A stretch of 49,604 nt of DNA, filler included, from Jimgerdemannia flammicorona (Eukaryota): the NCBI GenBank assembly GCA_003990765.1. It is 2 parts of 2 records of this genome, joined end to end, with 100 filler letters (N's around TTAATTAATTAA, not from the genome) between each part and the next. Parts side by side here need not be neighbours in the genome. Positions count along the whole stretch, not along the records: positions 1 to 24,753 come from RBNJ01000930.1; 1 more part is not named here. One strand, given 5' to 3'. Position numbers and translations under genes: made by a program. Under the pieces are notes generated by a model, which did not search any database, was not told the origin of the DNA, and saw only the letters and a program-made list of their open reading frames with translations. Numbering within the stretch: the stretch's first letter is position 1; each line of letters starts with the position of its first letter. Positions 1 through 11,659 of this stretch are shown here, in pieces.

Positions 1-99
1 TTTTTTTTTTATAGTCCCTTGGACTGCCCTTTATTACTGACATCTATAATTCTAACAATACAATGTCACCCCCACCCTCAACCAATGCCCTGTAGACCC

Positions 100-3000
100 A
101 ACTCTCCCTCCTCGACCTCTCCCTACCCAAGTACCACCTAGTTACCCACTACCCGAATCCTCCCACCACTCTTTCAGGAGATACACTGCACCAAACCCCT
201 GTGGTACCCCCCACCTAGCCCCCAACCTTGCCACCAGCTATTCAAAATGTCCAATAGCAACCATTCCCAATGCGTCACCTTGTCCCCAACTCCAATCTGC
301 TACCCCTCCTTGAAGACATGAACCCAATGTCCAGCCAACCCAACCTATATGGCCAAAGCCCAACCAAGGGTCAGCTATTCATCCCCAACCCCACCCACCA
401 GTCACCAGTGGAGCTCTCCCCATCTCCCCCCTTCCTCTCCCTCCAAGGCACCCAGCCCTACCCAGTTCATAATATATTCCCAAAACTCCTCCAAAACTTT
501 GCACTCGCCAAGCCAATATTCAGATGTTTGAACCATGCCTCTCTCCTGACCAATACTGAAACAATCCTCGCACTCGAACACTCCACTAGCCACCAAGTGT
601 CCAGACTGATAGTTCAACATCACATTCTGCCATAGTACACACTACCACACCACTCAGAACTTGGAGAGCAGTCACTGCCTCACCCTTTTGCTCTAAAGCC
701 AGAGTCCATTCCAATCCCACTCCTTACCAATTCCAACCCTCTGCCAGGCTTCAGACCACAGGTTGCCACCTAGGCCTTGCAGACACTCCAAACCCTCACC
801 AAGCTGAAAGTTCTCTACTGGAACACCATCCAGTAGAAGCCTGTCCCACCGCCATATCCACAGTTCCCAATCCTCCTTGGCTTCATCACCTTGCCACTGA
901 AGTCCAATTTTCTTAGTGCCATCTACCACCCCCCACCAGAAGCCTGAAAACCATATCCTCCTGCTCCCATCCATGGCCACCATTGCAAGCAGGTCACCCG
1001 AGCTACCATGTGGGGAGTACTGAACCTCCCACAACCTCTGCATAAGTGGCACCCACTCCTGACCCCTAAGCTCACTCGTCCTTCGCAACCACCAAGCTCT
1101 CAAACATTGAAGCCACTTAGTAAAGTCCACTAAGCCCAGCCCACCTCTTTCCAAGAGCAGTGTGAGCACCTTCCAACCCACCTGGCTCCACCACCCTCCC
1201 CAGATCCATGATCTCGCCATCTTCAACAGCCCCTTGACTACCCAGGTTGAGAAATCTAAATGATATCTCACATATCATAGCTTTGGCATCCAGTACACAT
1301 TCAGCACCATCACCCTTCTGGCTAGTGACATATGCCGACCTCCCCATTGCAGCAGAACATTTCCCCACTCCAGAAGTTTTCAGTCCCACCATGCCCGAGG
1401 AAGCAGAGATCTGAACACTAAGAAGTAATTCCCAAATAATGCACTGGTTCACCAGCCAGTACCACTGTCCCAATGACATCGCCACCAATAATTCCAGCAC
1501 CCAGCACCAGAGTCTCACATTTGTGCCAGTTTAGTTTAGCACCAGAACCCCTCTCATACTATTCCACAGACCTCTGTAACTCCCCCACATTCATCAAGGA
1601 GCCCAGCCTGACCACCATATTATCAGCAAAGGCCCCCACTTTCCAATTAATCCCTAAAATGTCTAAACCCCCAATCTGATACTGAATTCTATTCAGTAGA
1701 GATTCTAGGGAAAGGGCATACAGTATGGGTGATAAGGGGTCCCCTTGCAGTACCCCACAGCCCAATGGAAAGGTCACCCCCCTGTGGCCATTGATGACCA
1801 ATGCTACCTGACTGTCCTCTAAGAGGCTGATCAATGATCCTCAGAACCCTGGGGGGATACCAATCCATCTCAGCACTCCCTCTAGCCATATTCTCCACAC
1901 TCTATTATATGCCTTCTCTTGGTCCAGAAACACCAATCTGCTATCCACCCCTATCGCCCGGGCACCTTCAATCACTCCATATATCTAAGCTATCCCATCT
2001 TGAATCAACTGGCCACTGACAAACCCATACTGCTCCACACCAAGCACCTGCTGAGCGATTCCTTGCAGCCTCATCACCAAGATCTTCGTCACCAGTTTTT
2101 GGTCCATGTCGAGAAGCATGATTGGCCACCAGTTCTTCCAGTCCTCTCTTCTCCCCTTATTCTTGTAGAGCAAGGAGACTAGCCCTAAGTGCTGTCCCTC
2201 AATCCAAGCACCAGACCAAAGAACTCCATCACACATAGTAGTCATTTCCTCTAGCACCTCACCCACCCCAGCCATCTTCTGCCAAAAATCCCAGGGAAGT
2301 TCATCCTCTCCTGGAGCTGTCCCCTTACTTGCCAAGGCCACAACCCTGTGAATTTTCTTGCCACTCACTAGGTCCCCCAATACCCCAAGACCCATCGCCA
2401 GATCCAGGTGCCAATCCCCCAGCTGTCTTTCAACATCCAGAGCATCCATTCCTCCTTCCTCCTCACTCCATAGATTCTCCCATCTGGCTCTCAATAGGCT
2501 CAGAATAGCCAGAGTCCCCACTACCAGCTTGCCATTTGCATCCAGAACCCCCTCCCACCACTGCTTTGTTCATCATGCCTGTAATAACCACAACAAAACC
2601 TAGTAGGCCTCTCCCCTTCCTCAAGCCCCTGCCACTGCAGTTGGGCCACCATTCCCTGCAACTTCACCTCCTCCTCCCTTCATAACACTCCTTTAAGCTC
2701 CCCCACCTTCTGCCAGATTCTCACAATATGCCAATCAGTCACATTCCCATCTTCCAACATATCTGCCCATCTCTCCATGAGTGCTACCAGATGCTGCAAG
2801 GTCCACAGTACCCTCCACCTTCACTAGGCACACTTTCCTTTCCCAGCTTCCCTCCAATACCCCTGAGCATTTGCCTTCAGTCTTCTCTAGTGGTCCTCAA
2901 TCTCAAGGCCTTGTTCCCACCACCTACCGATATTTCCAACCACCTCCATTTTCCAACCCTCCCACAACCCCCTATCCTCTAATAAGGAAGAATTTAGCTG

Positions 3001-3738
3001 CCAATGTTCAGACCCATCCTCATTTCCCTCAAACCTCCTCCCTCTAAGCAGCCCCCAGTGATCAGACTACGAACACCAAACTACTTTCAGTGCCAACCAG
3101 ACATCCACTCCCCAACATTCCACTGTCAAAACCCAGTCAATCCTAGAGCCCAGCCCTGCTACCCAGTGGGTGTACACCTGCTGATTGACCCAAAAATGTC
3201 TTCCTGAGTCCACTAAAGAACTCAACCTCTCTGTCTCCAACCAGTCACCCAACTCACGACTTTTGCCCCACATGTCTCTCCCTCCATCTGTTCTATCCAT
3301 CTCCTTATCCCATACTATATTGAAGTCACTCCTCATACAGTCCAGCCCAACTTCTCCCAATACACCAGCCTTGTTCAATCTGTGAATCCAATCCACCCTC
3401 TTCCCTCTCTCAGCTGGGCAGTAGCAAGACCCAACCATCAATGAGCCCCATCCAGGCCTCTTCTAAACTCCCCACACCATCTGAGACCCCCAATGTCCAA
3501 TGTCCTCAATATCTCCCATCCCTTTCTGAATGAGAATACACACTCTCCCCCTCCATACTACTGCCCCCCCCCATTCCTTAGTCTAATCCTGTAAGTCCAC
3601 ATCTGCCTCATAATGAACATTCTGTAACAAGAAGAGGTCTGCATCTAGTCCCTTAAGCCATCCAAATATATACTTCCTCCTAGCCACCCCCTGTAACCCA
3701 TTAATATTCAACAAGAATATCCTAGTTGTACTGTTCAT
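100..3738 (-). pseudogene. LINE ORF2 (APE endonuclease + reverse transcriptase), multiple stops and frameshifts
   Basis: EN motifs: NINGL...DLFLLQNVH, (G)DFN, SRIDWVL. RT motifs: LLYKNKG..WKNWWPI.LLD.D.K, QYGFVSG, GVLQGDPLSP, AFADNMVV, GGLGLVDF. The 3' boundary is approximate. Confidence 0.9.
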
Positions 3739-3811
3739 ATTGAATAAATGTTGCAATAGAGACCCCATTTTAGAATTCCATACTCATCTCATCTCCAGTC
3801 AGATCTAAGCA

Positions 3812-5677
3812 CTATTCAGCTTCCAAGTCACCCTCTGCATTAGCCTGAGCATCCAGTGTCTCCAAGATTTCCTGACATTCCACTCCGTCCACTACCTCCA
3901 TATCTGACCAATAATCCAAGCAGACTACACACCACTTCTCCAGTTCCTTCCTCAAGTTCCACAAGAATAGTGCTCTGTTGCTCACAATCCTCCTAAGTTC
4001 CTCCTCTCTCTGATCATTGACTTGATATTCAACTGACTCCAGGAGAACAGCCAGGATCTCATTTCTCGGCACCTCCTCCCCCTGTAGGATCTCCTCTCAA
4101 TGTCTTTCTTCCATCACTCTGAAATCCTCACCCCCCAGCTCTTCAGCTGCTACCCCTTCCAGGGTCTTCCACATCCACTTCTCCTCATCCACCACCTCTA
4201 CCACACTCTGAGCAATTTGTCCCCCATCTACCTCAGAGTCCACCAGTGCACTCCTCCACACTGACTCATCCCACTCCTCATCTGGCACATCTAGCAGCTC
4301 CTCCTCCCCCTCAGCTCTACCTGGGATACTATACTGAGGGTACACACCTTCACTCATATCCACATCTACCTCTGTATTGCCAACCCTCTCCACCTCCACT
4401 CTTAGCTAAGCCCCACTCTGGGTCCTTTCACCCCCCTCAGCCCAGGCGCTCTCCTGTAATCCTGCACCCCTCTCCCCTGAGCTTCCACTGGCCCTACCTT
4501 CACCCAACCTCGCCAGCAGCTCCTTCTGGATTTTCCTCCCCTGCAACTTCTCCCAGGCCCCCTTCTCCATTCAGACCCTCTTTCCATCCACCTCCCCCAC
4601 CACCATCCTGGCCTCAAACTCCTTCCATGCCAATCTCCTCCTCACGACTACCCCTTCCAGATCTTCCAGAGCCTCCAACAGGTCTTCCTCCTCCTCCTGG
4701 GTCCCCTTCACCCTCAAGACCTTGTACTCCACTAGTCTTCACCTCAGTATTGCTAGCCAGTCCCTCAACTTCCCTATACTCTCCCTCTCAGCCAGCCTCA
4801 CCCTGACATCAATGTCACCAGTCTGAAGCTCTGTACCCTCCCAGACCTTGAACTCAACATCCACAATCTCTCCATACTCCCTGATCACCTTCACAACCAA
4901 CTCCCTGGTCCTCTCCTTTGACACTGTAGGGAGATCCAGCACTGTCAACTGTACCACTTGAGGGTCCCAGCGCATATATCTGGTCATAGGGACGACAACT
5001 CCACCAACTGTTACCCCCTTCTCCAAGGCCACCAGCAAGGTGTCTTTCTCCTCGAACCCCACCTCGACCCCTTCCTTCTTCTTCAAAAACTTCACCAACA
5101 CTGCTCCTTTTGTCTCCTATGCTACCAGCCCCAAAATCATCCTCGCTGTCACCACCAAGCCACAGAAACACATCATAACTGTGAATTCTGACCTTGACTT
5201 CTTGAGTAATGGGGCCAACACCATGCCCATAACCCTATCTGCCAGGTCCCTGGGCCTCATGCCTACTCCCCGTCCTGAATTATCAACTACCATCACATCT
5301 GGATTTTTTGCCAGATCTCCAGTCACAGCCCCATCACCAGTCACATCTCCAGCCCCTACTCTCACTCCTCCCCCACCCTTAGCAACTCCCCTGGGTGCAC
5401 CTCCCATTCCCCCAGTAGTAGCTATCGACATCTTCCCCAGGCCCAGCCAACCATCTAGACCTGAGGCCATCTTCCCTATTCTGACCTTGTCAGCAAAGGT
5501 TGACCTCTCCCCTCCTCTCTGCCTCAGACTGCCCCTCTCTCCACCACCAGGACCATGGCTAGCCATCAAGGCCTCCGGCATCTCCAATCCATCTCCCCTC
5601 CTTCCCACCTACTGCCAGCCAAAGACACTGTCTCCCCCCTGGCCAGTACGCTCACCAGTTCAATCGTTGCCATCCAT
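3812..5677 (-). pseudogene. LINE ORF1, degenerate
   Basis: Run of minus-strand ORF fragments directly upstream of ORF2. The N-terminus MDGND*TGERTGQGG..FGWQ*VGR matches the ORF1 start at 24616 (TGQGGPGAFEWQQVGR). Confidence 0.8.
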
Positions 5678-5758
5678 GTCAATAGTTGTCAGGTACCAAA
5701 AACATAGTAAAAAGTGTTGTCTGAGTCTTGTGTCACCCGAATGTTACCGGTGAAAGGA

Positions 5759-6626
5759 TGATGACTTTCTCAACTCTTCTCCTCATCTCTACTGTAATCA
5801 TTATAGGTACCCCTTTCATCAGAAGTTATATCACTCTGAGATTCTATCTCAAGCAGCATGTTATTAGAATACACACCTCTCTAATAGTTAACCCAGTCTT
5901 CAGTATATCCTCCAATAGTCTGGCCTCCTCAAAGCTCACCTCCACTCCTTCCAGTTCTCTTAGAAACTTTATGGATACTGTACCATTCATCTGCTTAGCA
6001 ATTAGCCCCAAGACTATTTTTACTATTACTGCTAAGCCCCATACAAAGTAACTGCAAACTCCAAGATTGACTTCTTGAGTAATGGGGCCACTACTAGGCC
6101 CATTACACTATCAGTAAGATCACTCAGCCTCATGTCCTTTCCACAGCTTGGTCTACCATTAGTAGTCCCATCTAGATTTTTTTTCAGATTGCCCATCACA
6201 CTCTCATCAATAGTCACCCCTTCAGTTACTATACTGCCAGCCCCCCTACTCTGGTCCCCTAGAGGGGCTCCCTCCTTCCCTCCAGTATCTATATTCTCCT
6301 TCTCTAGCTCTAGCTATCTATCCAGTCCCATCACCTAAGCTTCCATCTTAACTTTGTTAGTAAAGATTGACTGCTTCTCCCTAGACTATACTGTACCTCC
6401 TCCTCCTCTGTTACTAACCCCCTTTCCTCCTGATGAAGTGCTCAGCATCTCCAAACCTACTCCCTAATCTCTCTCTACATGTTGCCAGTCAAATGTACTA
6501 GAATTACTCTATCTAATATACTTCATAAAACTCTGATTTGAGGATATATTCTTAAGATATTTCTCTAAAGAACAGTGTAAAGATAGTTGATATGTATTTA
6601 TATAATATGAGATATATCAAGAAGAA
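5759..6626 (-). mobile_element. Older, more mutated 5' fragment (ORF1) of a related LINE, interrupted by LINE-a
   Basis: Peptide DLTDSVMGLVVAPLLKKSILEF matches LINE-a DLADRVMGMVLAPLLKKSRSEF. Nucleotides 6061-6135 resemble 5191-5262. Confidence 0.8.
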
Positions 6627-6630
6627 CTAG

Positions 6631-7370
6631 TATAGTAGTTTATTCTCATTTAGTATATAATTAATTTACTTATATACTACTTTATCTTAGATACCAAATA
6701 AATATATCTTATATATACTAAGATAATATATATACCCTACTGATTTATTGATCTGAATGAGATATATCAACATTTTGAGCTTAGTTATAACTATAATGAG
6801 TGATTAATTTAATACTATAATATGGTACTTTATCTTTTAGTATAGAATAATTTTAATTAATAAGTATTCTTTATTCTTCTATCAACTTAGTGTTTTTGTT
6901 ATAATAATTTCATTCTAACTTAGCTTTGGCCAGATACTCTTTGTATCTTTTTAGTAAATCCTGGACCTCTTCTTCTTTATGAGCTTTAAATTATAAATTA
7001 TTCTACAAGTATTGACAAGTATTATATAAATTGGTTTAGAGACTTATAATTTAGATATACAGAGTTAGTTAATATTATAATTTATAGAAGATATTATATT
7101 TAAGTATATTCAGAGTACTATCTTTTTCTAGGCCAGCTAAAAAATTATAGTAAATAGACTTATAGCTCATTTCTATAGGTAAAAAGATAATTAATTGAGT
7201 AATTCAATTAATATTTCTTACTGGGCTAGATAAGCTATAAACTTTGGTATAATTTAGCAGAAAATTCTTAATAGTAATATGTAGTAATATCTATATTGAT
7301 AACTATTTTAGTTTTTTACTATAGTATTTTTTTTATATTACTATAGAGTCATAATAAAAGACTATTATTA
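6631..7370 (-). pseudogene. Heavily mutated DNA-transposon transposase relic (Sola-like)
   Basis: Minus-strand reading: FLLNYTKVYSLSSPVRN..IFLPIEMSYKSIYYNFLAGLE..TNLYNTCQYL..KEEEVQDLLKRYKEYLAKAKLE..HYSYN*AQNV..YLFGI. From memory this matches the HGLPSPGR / TDLCDTC / YDWAQ / HLFG motifs of Sola-type transposases after C>T/G>A decay. Confidence 0.7.
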
Positions 7371-7860
7371 CACTCTTTTCTCTACTATCTTACTGATCAC
7401 AATAGTTTGGTAGATAACCTTCTGAGTCCTCTTTCCATAATTAATACTCTCTCTATCTCAGATTGATTTACTATACCTATTACAGAGCAGTGGAAGAGAG
7501 GTAATAGTGATGAGTTGCTCCTTTATTAATGTTAGATTAGTGTCTTCTCTACTTTTTTACAGTTTCTGGTACCTTTGGCTATATCTGGGGTATACTTATT
7601 TTGGTATGATACCTTCTTCCTTTTGCTATTACTAATAAAGTATCATTTTGGTATATTATAGATTATATAGAGAGTCAGCTGATCTTGGGCATTAAGTGCT
7701 CAATATAAATTACCTGCAGATCCTTTGTATCTGTAGTAGGGCTCTCTGACTTTGGCAAGCTTCTTGGTGAGTACAGTTCTGGCATAGGTGACTGTTTTTC
7801 AGATAATGAGAAGAGATGGCCATCACAGATAGGAGAAAGAGTGATAATAGTGAACCAGTG
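7371..7860. repeat. Unclassified repeat X, host copy, first part (continues at 11264-11659)
   Basis: Aligns along its length with 7861-8360. 11252-11659 aligns with 8351-8756. Confidence 0.8.
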
Positions 7861-8934
7861 CATGCTTCTTTCTCCACTATCTTACTGGTCACAATGGTTT
7901 GGTAGGCAATCTTTCAAGTCTACTTTTCATAATTATTACCCCCTCTACCTTGGGTTGGTTTACTATATCTATTGCAGGGCAGTAGGAGGGAGGCAATGGT
8001 GATGAGTTGCCCCTTTATTGGTATCAGATCAGTGTCTTTTCTACTTTTTCACAGTTTCTGGTGCCTTCAGCTACATCTGGAGTATATCCATTTTGGTGTG
8101 GTGCCTTCTTCCTTTTTCCATTGCCAACAAGGTGCTGTCTTGGTGTATCTTGGGCTATATAGGGAGTTGGCTAACCTTGAGCATCAAGTGCTCAGTATAG
8201 GTTACCTGCAGGTCCTCAGTATCTATGGTGGGGCTCTCTGGCTTTAGTGAGCTTCCCAGCGAGTGTGGTTCTGGTATAAGTAACTACTTTTCAGGTATTA
8301 TCAGGATGGGAGGGGAGATGGCCATTACAGATAGGAGGAAGGATAATAATAGTGAACTAGTAGGATACTAGGCTGGGGATGGTCATTAGGGCTGGGGCGG
8401 GTAATGCTTCAGTGGGGCCTTTTGATTGGTACAGCATAGTTAGGTAGTAGGTGATACTCTTGGCTTCTTTTGGTGGATTGGCAGGTTAGGCCCTGGTTGT
8501 CAGGGGGGGTTGGGGGGCCTGAGGCTACCCATTTCAGACATCTTAGCTGCACTCAACTAGAACTGGGAGCTGACATGGCAATGTGATCGAGGCTTGCAGA
8601 CTTGAGTAGTAGAGTATTGGAGGTCTTCTTCTGTCTCATATATAAGTTCTTTACTCACCTCAACTGAGAGAACCAGGCCCTATCCACCATGTTGTACTTT
8701 GATGAGGGTTTTTCTCTGCCTGTCATTCTCTTTGAGGTGGCAGGGGCTATTCTATTTGGCTTGGGCATGGTCTTGTATATACATTGGGTTCTCAGGCATA
8801 TACTTTTGGTCATTGGCATATGGTTGGATTTCCCCTGATAGTAGGGAGAGCATGGTGCACAGAATGAGATACAGGCTGCCATAGGCCCTGCTGCACCTAG
8901 TATAGTTGAGCTGCTGGACAATAGCTAGCCTAGG

Positions 8935-11093
8935 TATAAGAGGGTTGCTTTTAAGATAACTGTTACGTAGTTCTGGAAGGGTTTTCTGAAAGTTCTGGAT
9001 GTTCTGGGAGACCATGTTCTTATGGTCAAGATCAATTTCATATGGAGTACATTCTCTATGCTTATTGATTTCAAGATTGGGTTGATGTCTCAACCAAAGT
9101 CCTTTTTCAGACTAGTTCTGGATGTTCAGGATTTTCTGTATTTCAGAGAGTTCAAGAAACTAAGACAAGCTTAGTTGAATTGGTGTATCGCTGCAGACAA
9201 TACTCAATTAAGAAATTTCATGATAGGGTTAGGAGTGGGATCTAATAGAGAGTGGATTTACTTAAGAGTAGTTTGTGGGTTATTAAATAGGTTTATTTAC
9301 TATTCATGATATTGCTATACTAGGAGTAGTTGTATCAAGGGGTATTGTGGGGAAGTGCTCAGAAGTTGTGTTTGGATTGTTCAAGTCCATTCAAGTCTGA
9401 GATTCTGAGATCTGGGGGAGGGGATATTTATACTAGTGAGGGCTATCTGGACTATGTTAGATATGGATGTAGTACTAAGTGCCTTGCTGAGTCGGAATGC
9501 AGTCACGTAGTACAAGGGTGATCTGATATATCAAGAGATTATCTGACTGCTGAGTCAGTTTACAGTTATATTATATAAGACTAATCTAACTATACTATGA
9601 CTGCTAAGCTATTTATAGGTTTAGACACTATCTGGGTAGTCTTTGATAACATCACTATCGATTGCATCATCTCTGATGAAGTAGTCATCTAGGAATAGTG
9701 GTTCATAGATTACTTCTCCTTGTTCGCTGAGGTAATAATACATTGGAACTTTGTCTCTATCCTACAAGATGGCATTGTCAGTCTTGTATGCTGGGTAAGG
9801 TATTGGTGGGTGAAGGAGAGATGCATCATCTTCACTTTCATCAGTTTTGCTATCTGCATACCTTCTATAGGTTACAGCACTATGAGTTGCGGGGTTGTAG
9901 TAAGCTGGCAGCTGTGGTTTGTATCACTCATACTCAGGTAGTGGAGTGGTTGGTTCGATCTTGAGAGTTGTCTGGAGGTATAGGTTGTGTTCTCCGATCT
10001 CTTCATTGTAGTTGAAGTAATCAGAGATGAATGTGGGTTAGTATTCATGCCAGTAGTCATTGTTCCAATAAGTCTCATATGCTGTTATAAATTGTTGTAA
10101 ATTCATCGGCAAGGTTGGCGGTGTGATCAGGGTTGGCAGGGATCCTTGGCTTGAGGTCATATCAGCATCAGAGGGATCATTGTCTTCTGCTTTGTCTTCA
10201 TCAAAGTGGATTATATCATAGATATCCTTCATGGTATATCCAACTTGGGGCATTTGCAGAATATAATCATTGGGGTGTGAGAAGGTTCTGTCTGTGGTTT
10301 TGACATACTCGAGGTACTTATAGTTGAGTTCTTGTATTATATTGTTGATTTGGCCATAGGACAGGGTAGCTATCATTTTGGCTGTAGTAACTCAGAGGCA
10401 GGGAATAACAGTTCTATACTCATAGAAGAGTTCTCGGTGTTTGCAGGTAATGAGTTTCTGGTGTTGAGACATCTGGGTAATATCTGTATTGTGATGGTGT
10501 TTGACTATATCTTCTAGGAGGTGGCCGATCTGGTAGTAGCTTGAGATTTGTCCAATTCGGTGGGCCTCATTGAGTATGTTTAGAGCATTTCATCGGGCTT
10601 CCACAAAATAGAGAGATGCCAGGCTATGGATATTCATGAGGGGTAGAGGGGGAGTGGCTCGGTTGACAATGGTATTCCAAATGTCAGCATAGATACAGGT
10701 ATAGATCTCAGTGGTCATGTTTGTGTGTTTGAAAGTTGTAGTTGTTGTTTATTTTGGTTCTTTGATTTGACGTATCTTGGTACTCAGTATATATGCATTT
10801 GGTCCTGATTGGTAAGATTCTATTTATATAAATCTTGTGTTCCATGACTTTATGTTAACTCAGCTTCATGATCAAGCAGGTGATTTCCAGATTTGTTCAG
10901 AGGTCGCATGTGATTTCAGTGGCTTGTTCAGAGGGTGATATGTGATTTTGGTGGCTTGGAGATTGTGCACTTACACTCAGCTTCATGATCAAGCAGGTGA
11001 TTTCCAGATTTGTTTAGAGGTCTCATGTGATTTCAGTGGCTTTGTTCAAAGGGTGATATATGATTTCAGTAGCTTGGAGGTTGTGCACTTACA
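8935..11093 (-). mobile_element. Solo LTR of gypsy family A (copy 1), with an extra 118-bp duplicate of its 5' end
   Basis: Reverse complement of 19358-21423. Termini TGTAAG...CTTATA. 5-bp TSD ctagg (8930-8934) / ttagg (11094-11098). 10976-11093 duplicates ~10858-10975. Confidence 0.9.
9621..10718 (-). pseudogene. LTR-encoded accessory ORF, family A copy 1 (366 codons, in-frame stops)
   Basis: Same ATG-to-TAA length (1098 nt) as copy 3. Includes the ORF-track fragment 10038-10376. Confidence 0.8.
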
Positions 11094-11193
11094 TTAGGTT
11101 AATGGGGGGGCAGTGCTTGATGGGTGGTGGGAGAGGGTTTTGGCCTATATAGTCTAGGTTTCCTTCTAATAAAAATCCATAAGACATTGAGTC

Positions 11194-11251
<58 letters not shown>

Positions 11252-11659
11252 AGTGAACCAGTGAGGTATTAGGCTAGAAGTAGTCATCAGGGCTGAGATG
11301 AGTACTGCTTTGATAGAGTCTTTTGATTGGTACAAGATGATTAGATAGTAGGTATTACTCTTAGCTCCTTTTGGCAATTTGTGGGGTTAGGCCCCAGTCA
11401 TTGAGAGTGGCTAGAGGACTCAAAGCTACCTATATCAGATATCTTGACTATACTCAACTAGAACCAAGAGCTAATGTAGTAATATAATTAAGGTCTACAG
11501 GCTTGAGTAGTGAAATATTGGGAGTCTTCTCTTACCTTATATATAAGTCCTCTACTTACCTTACTTGGGAGAACCAGACCCTACCCACTGTTCTGTACCT
11601 TGAGGAGAGGTTTTTCTTTATCTGTTATTTTCACTTGGGGTGATAGAGACTATTCTATT

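Larger units (their letters stand above)
1..5758 (-). mobile_element. L1/Tx1-clade LINE, near full-length and degenerate (LINE-a)
   Basis: Poly(T) at 1-10 is the 3' poly(A) tail. Fragmented ORF2 carries APE endonuclease and RT motifs, with ORF1 upstream. The 5' terminal motif CCTTTCACCGGTAACATTCGGGTGACACAA is shared with the LINE 5' end at 24536. Confidence 0.93.
7861..11250 (+). mobile_element. Polyadenylated retroposed copy of repeat X (~1.2 kb without the nested solo LTR), inserted into another X copy
   Basis: Ends in AATAAA plus a 53-nt poly(A) (11198-11250). Flanked by a 13-bp direct repeat, tagtgaaccagtg (7848-7860) and cagtgaaccagtg (11251-11263). Confidence 0.7.

Noticed and set aside
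4246..5753. Long Pro/Ser-rich plus-strand ORFs (186 and 237 aa)
   Set aside because: Antisense shadows of the G-rich LINE ORF1 strand.
8350..11659. Apparent ~400-bp target-site duplication or site-specific double LINE insertion
   Set aside because: More simply explained as one X copy nested in another with a 13-bp TSD.
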